The position numbers and the translations under genes were made by a program. A DNA stretch of 64,000 nucleotides, from positions 6,703,519 to 6,767,518 of the forward strand of contig CM082580.2 in assembly GCA_040954595.2 (NCBI GenBank), written 5' to 3'. Shown in pieces: positions 11,160 through 23,508 of the stretch. A model generated the notes under the pieces. The model saw nothing but the letters and a program-made list of their open reading frames with translations, was not told where the DNA came from and made no database searches. The DNA comes from Balanoglossus misakiensis. Taxonomy: Eukaryota; Animalia; Hemichordata. How positions within the stretch are numbered: the stretch's first letter is position 1; each line of letters begins with the position of its first letter.

Positions 11160-11210
11160 AACTGGACGTGCGAAATTGGCGCGGACAAAGTACGCATGCG
11201 TTATATAACC
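11160..11210 (-). promoter_or_regulatory. RPA3 proximal promoter with E2F-like and NRF1-like sites
   Basis: TTGGCGCGG (11176-11184) and the palindrome ACGCATGCGT (11192-11201) lie 80-100 nt upstream of the RPA3 ATG. Confidence 0.6.
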
Positions 11211-11629
11211 TCGTTCAAAATGTATTGTAGTGGTCATTGAGCTTTTGATTAAAACTTCTTGTATCTTATTTTAACTAGTGTTTAATGTAGACAAATTAGC
11301 TATTAAAATCGTGTTGTTCCTTACTCTCAGTAGTTATTCGGTTAACGTTACTTCTTTCAAGGAGTACATTGTTATTACTCGACGGAGGACAAAGTTGACC
11401 TCGCGTGACCCCTCCATGACCTTATGTTGTTGGATGATGAGTCAGAGGAAGGTGGAAGGTGACACATTGCTACTTACTGCCATCATGCAAGGATTTTGAC
11501 GACTTTTGTCCAATCGGTAGGTGATTCCCCGAATCTTTCCATGAAAGGTAAACGTACCCAGTGATTCCTAGCGGAAACTTTGCTGTATCAGGGTAAATTC
11601 TGCCATTTCTCTCTTCGACTCAATCATAA

Positions 11630-11715
11630 CATGATGCGCCATATTTGTTTATATATGTCGCCCCCTGTCTCTTCATTCTGACGCCTGCGATTCGACTAGC
11701 TCATGTGACGTCGGC
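11630..11715. promoter_or_regulatory. UMAD1 / bidirectional promoter core
   Basis: YY1-like GCGCCATATTT (11636-11646), CGCCCCCTG (11659-11667), overlapping E-box/CLEAR-like and CRE-like TCATGTGACGTC (11701-11712); locally CpG-rich. Confidence 0.55.
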
Positions 11716-11813
11716 AGTGAGGTTGTCGTCTGTTTGCTTGTTTACAAACTTACCAGGTAGTCTTTTATGTACAGCGTGTCGAAGAGTAGCTTCCTCTCCG
11801 AAGAAAAAATAGG
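11716..11813 (+). other. UMAD1: Putative non-coding first exon of UMAD1 (start approximate)
   Basis: Lies downstream of the promoter motifs; GG|gtaagc donor at 11814; matching pyrimidine-rich caacag acceptor at 12307 upstream of the ATG. Confidence 0.5.
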
Positions 11814-12391
11814 GTAAGCAGGGAGGTTTCCTAGCTTGAGGTTTTGCCTGTTGGTTTGTGGGTAATTGAACTGCAGCTAGGTTTCCCTGTAGAAATAATA
11901 CACCCTGACCAGGGAACATATCCACTGACTGAAGTGAATATTAGTGTTCACTGTTGCTGTCCTAGCCTGAAGTTCCTGTAGAGTGTTTGGCGAGACACAG
12001 TCCCTCTTTCTTGAGGAACTGTGGGCTATATTATTTTACTAGAGGTTATTAAAGTGTCACAGGAGATGAACTTTGACCCCAATGAAACGTCAAGCAACTG
12101 TGGTTAACATATCCATGGTAAACGTACATGTATTAACAGGCTGGGTACTGCCATACAATACATGTATGTGGTACTCACATTGTTCACCCTCCCTAGGTAT
12201 TGTGGTAACATAGATATATGAACTCTACGCCACAGTTTCTCAAGGGACACCTTAAGTCTTGGAATTGTTCCCCCTCATTCAGTCTTTTTTGTCTTTTCTG
12301 CCAACAGATAGAAGACAGTAGAAATAACACTCCAGTTGCTGCCAAATAAAACAACCCAGTGACTGTTTGTAACAAAATATATATATTGACA

Positions 12392-12607
12392 ATGGTGGAT
12401 GCAATAGCATCATTTTTCAGTAGTCTCACCGAGCCAAAGAGGACTACTTCCAGACAGTCCTCGTGTTCGTCTCCCCCGTCGCAGCGACGACGGTCGGATG
12501 AGAGGGAGGAAGACGGCTTTGTGTTCCTTGGCAACACGCGAACTGAGAGAAACCAGAGAGACTCCAGTTACCAGGGCGACGCGCCCCCAACATATGACGA
12601 TTCACAG
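12392..12607 (+). CDS. UMAD1: UMAD1 first coding exon
   Basis: acaATGG Kozak context; 216 nt; DGFVFLG motif. Confidence 0.85.
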
Positions 12608-15600
12608 GTAACCTCGATGTGTTTTATGTCAAAGAACTGATTTGCTCTCTTCTGTTCAGATGAGAATGTTACTCTCACAAGGGTGCATGAGTGTGATTTT
12701 TATCCCTGTGAACTGAGCAGCTTTTCCAAAAAAAAAAACAGGTGTGAAAAAAAAACATTTTGTTGCTGGCGTAGAGAGCCCTCCAGTGTCAGGGCCAAGT
12801 AGTGAAACCACATACGCTGTACTGTACACACATGTATGTTAAACAAGCCTTGTCCTCATTCTGGTGACATATACCAGGTCAAATTATATCTGGTTGTCAA
12901 CTAAAATAGATAATATATGTGTGAACAGGAGGTTTGGGTGCAATCAATATAGAGTGAGCATGTTGTAATGTATTGCATGACTAAAATATGGGCAGATGGT
13001 TCGTGTGAACGGTTACACCCAGAGTTTGTCTGTGTCATGGAATACAGTATTCTTAAAGCCCTGGCAGCCATATTATTTTGCATTTTGCCTTCCACAAGAT
13101 GTCCAGCAAATACATCTTGCTGACAACAGTGTTCCAAGACTATGAATGCCACATCTGCCTCAGCTTCTTCATTTCTCCCTTGTCACTTCTTTCACTTCCC
13201 CTTTCTCATTTTCATTACCTGTGTAAATTCACACCAAAGCGAAAACTTAGGGTCCGGTTGGCCAGACCGTGAGGAACAGGAGAAGAAAAGACAACTTCAA
13301 CCCTAATCCACAAGTTAATTCATACAAATAACTGTAAAGAAATGCCCCTGCTTAGTCTTCAATCAATCATACCAATTGATCCATTCAGAATCGGAAATTA
13401 TAAAAACTCATAATATATGTCAAAATCAGGGAGACATCACAGAAGCTTTATTCTTACCAGGAACTAACACATAATGCACTCGGATTTCAAACCTTGTGTT
13501 ACAATTTTCCATTGCCATTATAAATTCATGATCAATGATGCATTCACCTTTTTTACCTCTCACCCGCTTTCCCCATAATTTTTCATTTTGGTGGCAAATC
13601 TACCGGAAGGATAGATTTTCACGGTTGAGATACACTTGATACCTGTGTCCGTGGACCCATTTGGGGTAATCTAACATGCCAATATTAATTCATCCTCCAC
13701 TTAACCCACTAATCTGATAAATGCTTCAAATCAATGAATCAGCAGCAAGGTATATATAAAAAAGATTTCAAGCATATATCCCCTGTAGGCTGTAAAGAAG
13801 GCTTGGAATCTTTCATTATTCTGTTCCAAATTCTTTCATCAGCGACAGAGAGAGAGAGAAAAAAATCATTACCTATTCCAGTACAAATGAAATCAAGTCC
13901 CCATTAGAAAGAACTCCATGCGTTTCTCCACTTCCTATTTTTTTTCCTCAAAAATGAATTAGGCGCTCACGACCAGCGGTTTGATGACAATTTATCCTAC
14001 CCTGGAAATTGGACCGACTCTACTTTTGATGTGAATTGCATCCTACATAATTGTATTAGTCTTGTTTGATGTTATAAACAACTGCAAAATATGTTCCAAA
14101 CAAATTACGGCAAAGTGGATGTGGGACAAAGTACACATCTGCCCGCATTTACATCCGTGGGTGTTTCCTGTTGGCTGGCTCCAAATCCTTTCCCGTGTGT
14201 GGCATAACCTCGTTTTCTGCGTCGTACGGCTGGAAATGTTTTCAGGGACCCAGACTGGGATATTTTGTGCGTCTGTGTTCACATTTTCCAGCACATTCAT
14301 TCTGAGATCAACCTTTGTGACCACAGCGTATATTAAATCCAATTTATGGTGTGTCATACAATGTAGGGTTGCCCTGTGTTCTCTGATAGGCAAACACATA
14401 ACGTGAGGTTGGGCAGTCGCTATATTTTGCTGAATGTCTTTCTCTGGAAATTGATAGTCATTTATAAATAGTTTCACTTTGATTATATCACAGTCCTGTC
14501 TGTCATGTCATAAAGAGTACAGTACAGAATGGGAAGTAGAGTGACTTTTACTGGTGGATAAAAAGATCACCAGAGTATTGAAATGAATTGCTAGTGAAAA
14601 TAAACTCCACAGCTGCCAGAAAACACATCATGCTGAAATGTCCAAATTGTTGATCATATAATCGTGGGTCAACGTCATTAAGTTTGATAGTAGATGGATG
14701 TGGGTGGCCAATGACTTTGACTTTCCCTCATTTGAAATGAAATGGGGTGAGAATTTAGTGCTACGTGTAAAACGAAATGTACTTAAAAGCAGAAAAATCT
14801 ATTAAACTAACATATTTGCAGCGAGCAAACACCATTGCCCGTGAATTCAATAAAATGACCTAGTTACAGCGAGAGAGCTCTTAACAAGTTAGGGAGATGT
14901 ATTATAAATTTGTTCACACATTGTGATGGTTTGTTTGCAGTGGAGTGAAAAGTGCAGATGACAGCCATTCAAAGTGAAAGTGAAATGGCACTTTTATCAC
15001 TGGATAACCACGCGGGCTAATCACACAAAAACGACTCTTGCATACACAATACTTAACTTGATGATCACGGGAGGTCGCGGGGTCAACAGTACCAGTATGC
15101 AGCACATTAAAGGGACACCATGATAGCTTTTTCAAAGTTTTTTTTTTATTGACCCATTGAAGATTGCGTTGAGAGAGAAGTGTGTGAGAGACTCTCCATG
15201 TTCTCGTGTTCTCTGAAATTTACTGGTTTATTTTCTCACCCTGTAAATCTGTTTCAGTCACAATTTCTATCGTGTGTTGAACACAGCCTGTGTGTGGGCT
15301 AAGACACCACCATGCCACGGGATGCTGGGTACTATTTTGGGGTGACTCACTGGCCTGATGTGGAGATAGACGTTTCATGCTGTTAGTTGGCCAGTCAATG
15401 TGTTTTTGGGACTTTATCATCTGTACATCAGCTCAGTCACAAAACAAATGCGCTTCTTCATTCATGCACGTGTGCAGTTGTTACCTGTTTGGATAACGAT
15501 GAAACACTTCCAAAGCTGATAACGGTCTTGTTCAGTGTACACGTGCCAGTGCAAAACAATGATTCACCCCATGTGATAATGATAACAACCAGTTGTAGCA

Positions 15601-18600
15601 CACAGACAGTGGACGAGTTCAATCTATATAAAAAAACAACCAAAATGATATCAAAAGTCAATGACTTTGTCCTCTTTATTGTAAACAACATGTGAGCCGC
15701 TTCTGTGATACAAATTTGATACAAATGAGGAATACCTTCAGACCTGACATGATACAAAAAAAACAATAATGAAAACAAAGTAGAGGGATGCCTGTCTAAT
15801 CTGGCTTGGCAAGATTGACCCCCTTGCCCTTTTCAAAGTGACGTTGAACAGGAAATGACATCATCGCAGTCAGGCCAAAGTGGTATTAATGTTCCCTGTG
15901 AAAGCGATGATGACTTACTCCATGAAGTGTGTATATAAACTTGACAGATGCATACATCAAGTGGTGTGAGTGAGATTGAAATTTAATATATACGTATTCG
16001 CTCTGTGCTGGTTTGTTCTGAAGTTGCCTGAAGGGATGCAGGCTATAGATTTCATGCTAGAAAATCATAACGGTAACATATGGTACTGCGCTTATTTCAT
16101 CATTCAAGAGTTCAAGGACAAAGACAAAAAAAAACACAATCTGTTGTTTAAAAATAAACAAGTGTCCCTGTCAAAGAAAACCAAAACCGCCTGGTTAGGT
16201 CGCAGGTGTAGAAGTTAAAAATATTGTCAGGATATCAGCTGTGTTATGTCATCTTAGAGGCAGGGCTGTAGGGATATTTTTTTTATTAACCACACTTTTC
16301 TGTATCTTGTTACAATTCATATATCCACAAATTACACAACATTCTGTAAGAGCTGGATGAAAATCCGTAGGTAGAATTTCAGAACAGAAGGAACACGGTC
16401 CATCAATATCACTCTGAAAAAGCTAAAAACATGTTGCTATTAAAACGTAAAAGTGAAATGTCAGTCAGCTGTGAAAAAATTTCAATGAGTATTTTATTGC
16501 CGAGTTGATATGCCAGAGAGCTGCGATGAAATAGAAATACAACCCATTTGAGACTGCATTCTTTGCGTGGACCCAGCCCTGTGTATGCGAGGATCTTAGT
16601 ACGACGCATATCACAGGCCGATCGACCTGCTTCTGCGAAGTTTGGCGTGCATTTGTATGCGCGTGCGCACCTGTGCCGTTTGGCATTATTGCTGTCTGTT
16701 TGAATTGCGTGGCATGTTGAGCCGACACTTGAAACTGGGAATTGTAACGTGTGAACTGTATGCGTTCTGACATTGATGGGTATCGCTGCCCTGCCGTTTT
16801 CGTTCGCTGAAATTAAAACGTCGTGAATGTCCTCCCAGTACCCGGGGAGGTTAATGGCTTCGACCGTAGCTCTTTCCTGCATGGCTTGTTGTGAGTATTA
16901 AACAAGTGAGTGCAGATAAACGTCTCACGCTTTAATAAATTCCATAAAAAGCGCGGGGAAGCGTGTCTGTTTATTGGACGCGGGCCAAATACAGCTGGTT
17001 AAGCTTGCCGTGTGATATCTAACAAAATACCAGCCATTTGTCGTAAAATTATTTGAAAATACGAAGAGTTTCACTGGTAATTAACACAATTTCGTCATGC
17101 AGACCAGTTACTCTTATGGTTTCTGAACCATTTCGCGATAATTGCCATCTACACATATTCCTTGTTTTGTCAAAATTCTTTCTGTATTTGGATCATTGTG
17201 GAGCAACTGATGTATCACTAGTCTCCCCAAATGACTTGTTATATTGGACAGCACTTTCATGCTTGATTCACCAAATACTGGGGGGAATACAAATGACAAA
17301 CCATATCACACATGCTTCCAGCACTTCAGACTAGCGATTCTATAAAATCGTCCAAAATAAACATCTGCTCATGTCACTGGGCATGTTATAGATTTTACGA
17401 ATGATACAAAATGCAAACAGTTCACTTAATATTACCGCGCATTGTGTACCTGCATATGTCGGTGTTCTCAGGCAGAGGGAGAGTTCAGTTTACAGTACAC
17501 CTGGGAGAATAATGGTCTTCTCTCCCTCTTTTGACAACTGGTGCATGAATACAGCAAGTGCCTTGTATCAATTTGCACTGGCTGATTTGCAGTTCACCCT
17601 GCCCTGGTAATTTCTGCTGGGGCCCGTGCAGTCAGTAGTCTGGAAAGTCGTAAGTTCCTGCTAGTACTTTCCCGCCAGAACTTGATCTTAGATTTTCAAC
17701 ATTTTTTGTAGTGTTTTCGAAGTAATTTTTAAAATTTTGGTCAAATAATGCAAAAAATTGCCACGTTATCAGGAATATGGAAAATGGCCAGCAGATAGTG
17801 AATAAACTGAAAATACTGGTTTAGTGGTAAGCCCCCCTCCCGCATGGCTGCTTCGTACCACCACCTATAAAACCATCACTTTTTACAGAGATAACATGTA
17901 ATAAAAATATTTCCACATCCCTTGTTTTATTTCGAGTAATATCAATATCAGTCCCTCCCACTATATAAAGATACATGTACACCTGTGTGCGTGACCGGAA
18001 TTTTGGTTGCTAGTGACATCTGTGTTGTACTCTTTTACTTCCTTTGGACAAGGGCCAAAATGGACGTGTATATCGAGTTTTGTTTATCCATCAGTCCACA
18101 GTCATCTCTCGGACATTCCTGAACTGATTCCGTCCTTTATACATGACCAAAGCTTTCGAACCCAAAACGTGCCCATCACTTAGTTTTTCACACACTGCAG
18201 TTTGACAAGGCAACCCTCTATCACAAATTCACAATATGTAGATGGGCGGGGTCCATCACATCGCTAGTGTCGCAGCATCATCAGTGATGATCTGTAGCGC
18301 GCAGGTGACTGTCATCGCAGATTAGGATGGGGATTTCTGGCAAAGAAACAAAAAAATATATATGTGCAGGGGATGTCGTGCCATGACATAAATGTAATTC
18401 CCAGCAATCTGTCAGTTGGGTTTGTAATCAGTGTGTACATAGACTGCAGTCAGTACTGGAGAGAGAGAGAGAGGCAATGCATTCCACAAACAATTTGCAA
18501 TATTGAGCAAACAATCATCTGCCATATCAAATCTGAGTGCACGTAATTCCAATTTCTGTTTCTTAAATCACAGTCAGTTTCAAGTTCTCTGTATGAAATA

Positions 18601-21600
18601 CTCCATCAAAACAAATTCCATATCTTGTTAATGATGAGGCATTTCAGAAATTACTTACTCTATTTTGCAATCAAAGTAATTTTCTCATCTCACTTCTTTT
18701 AGGTATTTCATTCAGTTTGGTTCATGATAGTTTGAAACTTCTCTCTCATGAGAAAGCCCAGCCCCAAGCTGTTGTGTGTAATTAGGGAAATGGAACTCTC
18801 ATTTGAATAAAAATAACCTCTGTTTTAATTTTTTTTTAAATAGAACAGGTATACCCCTCGAAAATCTACATAGGTAACAAGGATATTGCATTTCACAAAG
18901 TCTTACCAATTCATTTCCTATCTTGATGTGTCAGTCAGGATTATCAGATGGGCTTATCTCTAGATTGTGGATTAAATTAAACCTGTCAAACCTTGTCGTG
19001 AAATACAACATTCATCTTTTGCAAACATGATAGTCGTGGCATGTCCTGATACAAATTTACACAAAGCTTTCCCTGTTCAACTTTGGAACTCCTTTGGGAG
19101 CTGCATCGCGCCTTGTTTGTGTTCGCTGTTCCCGTTGCCGGATTTAAACAGAAATTATCCTTTCCATTTTTAGTTATTCACAATTTTCGTTCGTTTGGCC
19201 GGTTGCCAATCAGGATATTGGCCGCATACCATCATAACCAACCATCTGCTGAGCGATCAGCAATGCACATATGAAAGATATGCTCTGATGAATTTTATGT
19301 GGGCTACGTGTCGGACCGCAGCGCTGTGTGTGAACTGCAACTGCCATTACTGGGCTGGGTGCCTGGACCCTCCTACACGAGCTGTCAGTGGCGTACAAAA
19401 GCGACTGGCAGGCAGCAACGAGCCAGTGGCAAAGCTTTGTCACATTCCATTTGCTAAATATTTAAAGAAAAAAATTCCCCCTTTCCTGGAAATTTTCATA
19501 CAAAAATGTAATGAGAAAGATTCAGGCCCAAGACATGGGCGTCGTCCTGATAATGTATTAAGGTGGTACTTACCTTGAAGCCAAATTTTCAGAAAAATGA
19601 TCATCCTGTCAATTCTTTCTTACATTAAAGTGTGAGGACTCGTTTTGAAAACCAAGAAGAAAACAGTGTGTTAAGCACCTTTTCATCACTACATGTACTT
19701 TAATTTTTAACACAGATTGGCGGCCATTTTGAATTTCAAATTTGACACTTTTGCTGACTGTCATTCAAAATTTTCCATGATGACTCAAAATTTTATCGTA
19801 CCCGGAACAGATTGCTAAAGTGTTTGCAGTAAACGGATACAGGTTGCATCATCTTGCGTGTAAAACTAGCTGAGCTACACCTAGTCTGAGCTTATGGCAC
19901 CTTCTGCATCTGCAGTGGTATGACACCTCTCATCTGCGACCATATGAGATGAGTTGTTATTCATTCCTGACACAGGCATCTGTCAGCACATCTTTCGGTG
20001 CCCTACATAAACCGAGTGTGCGTTGGAACACACTGCGGCTTACCCCCTTGCGATAACCCCCAGTGACACTGTAAGCCACTTTTCACTAAACACGACTGTT
20101 ATCTCCGCAAATAAATCACCGTTTCCGGTTCACTTTGTGTGACATCTCTTGAAACAGAATGGTCCTTGTCAGAGAGAGAGGGTTTTTATAGGGGTAACAC
20201 AGCCTACTTTTTTTCTTCCTCTGAAAGCGTACACATGCTGCGCGCCCTGTCAATACCGGTTTGTGTCTACAGTGGCGTCAGATGCGGCGCGATTACCAGA
20301 CAACTTGTGCAGTTGTCACTCGCAGGAATGCTTTGCCTCGTCTGTGTGAAGGGTTTGAATGGTTGGTTTTTCGTTGCTGTTCTGTAGAACCTCCAGTCTC
20401 TGCGTCGAAAATCAAAATCAGTATTTGATCCAATCACCACATACATACATTCCAACCCCCTACCTCACAATTCTCAGTGGATTTCCGCCAAAATATTTAA
20501 TTTATATTTAAAAAAATAGCTATAATTCCTTGACAAAATGCTTTTCCTCAGAACTATCACGAGTTTGGGCAAGCATGGTGACGGTGACGATACTCGAGGC
20601 AGCGTCATACGGATGTTTCTGATGAAGCCGCCACACATCGCAGGGCGATGCCATTTTGTGTGTCAGTAAATGGTTATTAATGGTGATGGTAGCAAAGATT
20701 TTATCACCAGTTGGTCAATGGATGTGAACAACTTTATGTGTGTGGAATATGAATAAGGTCTAAAAAATAATGTTGCGTGGTTTGACGTGTGCTGGACTCG
20801 CAAGATGGCCATGTTTTAATCCAAACATATTACCTTCCATCTGACCCTGTCCCCGTCATAAATGAAAGATTAGCAAGTGTAAAAATGTATCTGAATCATC
20901 AAAATTGAATAAGCAAGATGGATTGACTCATGGCAGCTGAGAGAGTTTTGTTTGGTGTTTACAAAGGGTAATTTTCTGGCGAGAGATAAGCACAGGTAAA
21001 TGCAATTGATGTCCTCGAACCACCAGTTGATTGATTGATTATCGGATGCAATTCCGTTCTGGATGGAGCTGCCAAACAACATGTTCATTTGTGATGTTCC
21101 AACGTTTATAGGTCATTGCATCAACCCATTGCTGCCTTCAGGCGCATGTTTGAACACACAACATGGCATAGCCAGATGGTATTAAAACTGAAACCAACGA
21201 TGGAATCGTTATTTTCCGGGATACTCAAAACATTTGTCAAGAGATTTGTTTCAATATGAGCAGTAGTCAACTGCCAGGAAATCAGAACCTCTTGGAGTTC
21301 TTTTAACCAAGTTTTTTCCCTTACAGAATGGTCTTCCCACATTTCAAGAAGTCATGGCAGACAGACAGCACAGCTCCAACTTCCAACCCACGAGCGTTCC
21401 CATCCAGCGTACACAGCCCCTCCAACACGTCGACGCAAGTCACAGAATGTCGGCCGAGAACACTTTTCTGACGGCCCAGGATATACCGTTCGAACTCTCG
21501 CCCGAAGCGCAAGTCCTAATGGATTGCGCGGACTCAAACTGGTCGGTCGTCGCGCCGATCGCACGGCCAAATCCAGCGCAGTACGACTACGACTTCAGTC

Positions 21601-21731
21601 ATGAGAGGGCAGTCATCGCAGAAACTAACGCGCCGAGCCAAACACGGTCATGCTCTTCCCACCAAGGAAGGACTCATTTTAATGCCACGGACAGTCGACA
21701 CAGTCGGCATGATTTGATGTCATTTGACTGA
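12392..21731 (+). CDS. UMAD1: UBAP1-MVB12-associated (UMA) domain protein, ESCRT-I accessory subunit; 2 coding exons, ~206 aa
   Basis: Exon 12392-12607 (…EEDGFVFLG…, phase-0 gtaacc donor) joins exon 21327-21731 (ttacag acceptor; DIPFELSPE…YDYDFSHERAVI). These resemble human UMAD1 DGFVLLG, DVPFTLAP and WYDFTLENSVL. Position head-to-head with RPA3 supports the call. Confidence 0.88.
21327..21731 (+). CDS. UMAD1: UMAD1 terminal coding exon (UMA domain)
   Basis: In frame with ORF 21354-21731; UMA motifs D.PF.L and YDF..E..V. Confidence 0.88.
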   Translation, partial: NGLPTFQEVMADRQHSSNFQPTSVPIQRTQPLQHVDASHRMSAENTFLTAQDIPFELSPEAQVLMDCADSNWSVVAPIARPNPAQYDYDFSHERAVIAETNAPSQTRSCSSHQGRTHFNATDSRHSRHDLMSFD

Positions 21732-22281
21732 AGCAAGCAGCAGAGACTTGAACGATATTCTTGAATCAATATGCACAAAAATCACCTTTATCTGCATATC
21801 ATTGAAATCATTTGCACGCGAGTGACATTCGGTGTTCAAACTTTGCATGCATAATGAGGTATTTGCATACAAGTTTGTGGCAGGTATTAACCAAAGCTTT
21901 AATATTTACATGTAGACTGTCAATGAAGATTACTCTACCTTGAATCAGATCACTATATAATCTGACATGCTTTTGGAACTTTCACACAAAGACTTTTATA
22001 CGCCATAGAAGGTTTCATAATACTACTAACTTTTATTAACAAAGCTGGGCTTCGTGATCTTGTAGATAGAAAGCAAGGTTTAAAGGGGTACTAACTATAA
22101 ACTTTAACTGGTGTAAGTGTTTCTGGTTTTTTTTTGTATCAACAGCAGTTTCTTATTTCTACTGTATATAAAAACATTAAATGCCCAGTAATCCGCTTGT
22201 CAACATGGACTGTATATATGCGTAATGAGCAATTTCATTGGTGACATGTATTCAAGGCTATACATGTACTTAATTTTCGAC

Positions 22282-22287
22282 AATAAA
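22282..22287 (+). terminator. Candidate UMAD1 polyadenylation signal AATAAA
   Basis: First clear AATAAA ~550 nt after the stop. Confidence 0.35.
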
Positions 22288-22598
22288 AAAATGCTGGCTC
22301 TCCTTGTTCAGGCAGTGCTCATCAGCTAAACACACCTGGCATTTCATCATGCGACAAAACACGATACCAGTTGTTGAACGGAACGAAATATTGAAGATCT
22401 GTAGCAGAAATTTCTTTTTCAGCTAGAGGAGAACGTTCAAGTCAAAACTACTATTTAAATTTTATTTATTGGGTGCAGAGTGTGGGGCATATGTAAATTA
22501 ATTTCAGATAAATTACATCCAGCTGGACAGCACAACATAATGATAACACTATAGAAATATATTCGCAAATTGTTATTTTTTGAAATAATTTGGAATAA

Positions 22599-22638
22599 AT
22601 ATGCTTAATGTTGACTTATATGCTTAGTGTTGACTTAT
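22599..22638. repeat. 19-bp tandem duplication
   Basis: ATATGCTTA(A/G)TGTTGACTT x2. Confidence 0.8.
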
Positions 22639-23282
22639 CTGAGTGATGTTAACACATCCTGTTTGGGGAAAAAAACTTTCCCACCTAAATCACTTTTGAT
22701 GGCTGTGATGTCAAAGTTGCATATTTAGTGGGTCAAATGGCAAGAGGCAGTGCATGGTTCTTGTAGTACTAACTGTGACAGGTGAATTTCTTTGTGAAAT
22801 CACTTAATAGTCGGTGATGCAACCTATTAGGTAACTAACATAGGAGATATCACCAAAGAGCAGTATATCGCGCATTTCCTCAAAGGTCGTTGACCTAGCG
22901 TGCCTGGGAACATATGATAGTATGACACGCAGATTTTGTTTACATATTTAATGAAAAATTTCAAGATAAGCCAGGCATCAAGATGTCTGTGTGAAATATG
23001 ATAATATACAACAACCCTAGCAAAGTCCATTTGTGCCAAAGGTTTAGGATAATTAATTACCTGGAAAGACAGAATATATCTCTTTATCTGATTTTAACCA
23101 GGTTGCTGCGTAAATCGACTTGTTTTTTGCGAGTTATTAAAAACTATAGCGCTGATCTATGGCCCACTTCAAAAGTTAGCTACATCGCCAACGATATGTT
23201 GGTCATAAAAAGAAACACAGGACCGAACACAGGAGAATTATTTTTCTCCTATTTATGGATGAAGTCGGCTTTTTAAATTTAT

Positions 23283-23508
23283 AAAGGGATAACCATTTGA
23301 TTTATTGGGGTGGGTGTATTATTTTTGGAAGAAAACAAATTTGTTGGCAGATTGTGCTATTGAAAAAATCTTCCGCAGAGCCTTAACGAAAAAGTGGACT
23401 CGTAATCGAATAATCAATAAAAATTATTAATAGTGGCCGAAAAAAATTGCTTAAATGTCCAAATCCTCCACCCACCCCACCCCCTGAAATCAAATGGCTC
23501 TCCCCTAA
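23283..23508. mobile_element. MITE with imperfect TIRs (PIF/Harbinger-like GGG…CCC ends)
   Basis: Left GGGATAACCATTTGATTT…GGGGTGGGTG versus right CACCCACCCC…AAATCAAATGGCTCTCCCC; a similar left end occurs at ~7811. Confidence 0.55.

Noticed and set aside
13000-15300. Scattered minus-strand exon-like segments in the UMAD1 intron (e.g. ~14001-14042, donor near 15238)
   Set aside because: They could not be joined into a coherent frame or transcript; such splice-like sites occur by chance.
16409-16882. 157-aa minus-strand ORF, the longest in the track
   Set aside because: No recognisable domain or splice context; better explained by a locally GC/CpG-rich non-coding element.
19558-19905. Possible TTAA-type DNA element containing GGCGGCCATTTTGAATTTCAAA
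   Set aside because: The right terminus is too degenerate to define boundaries.
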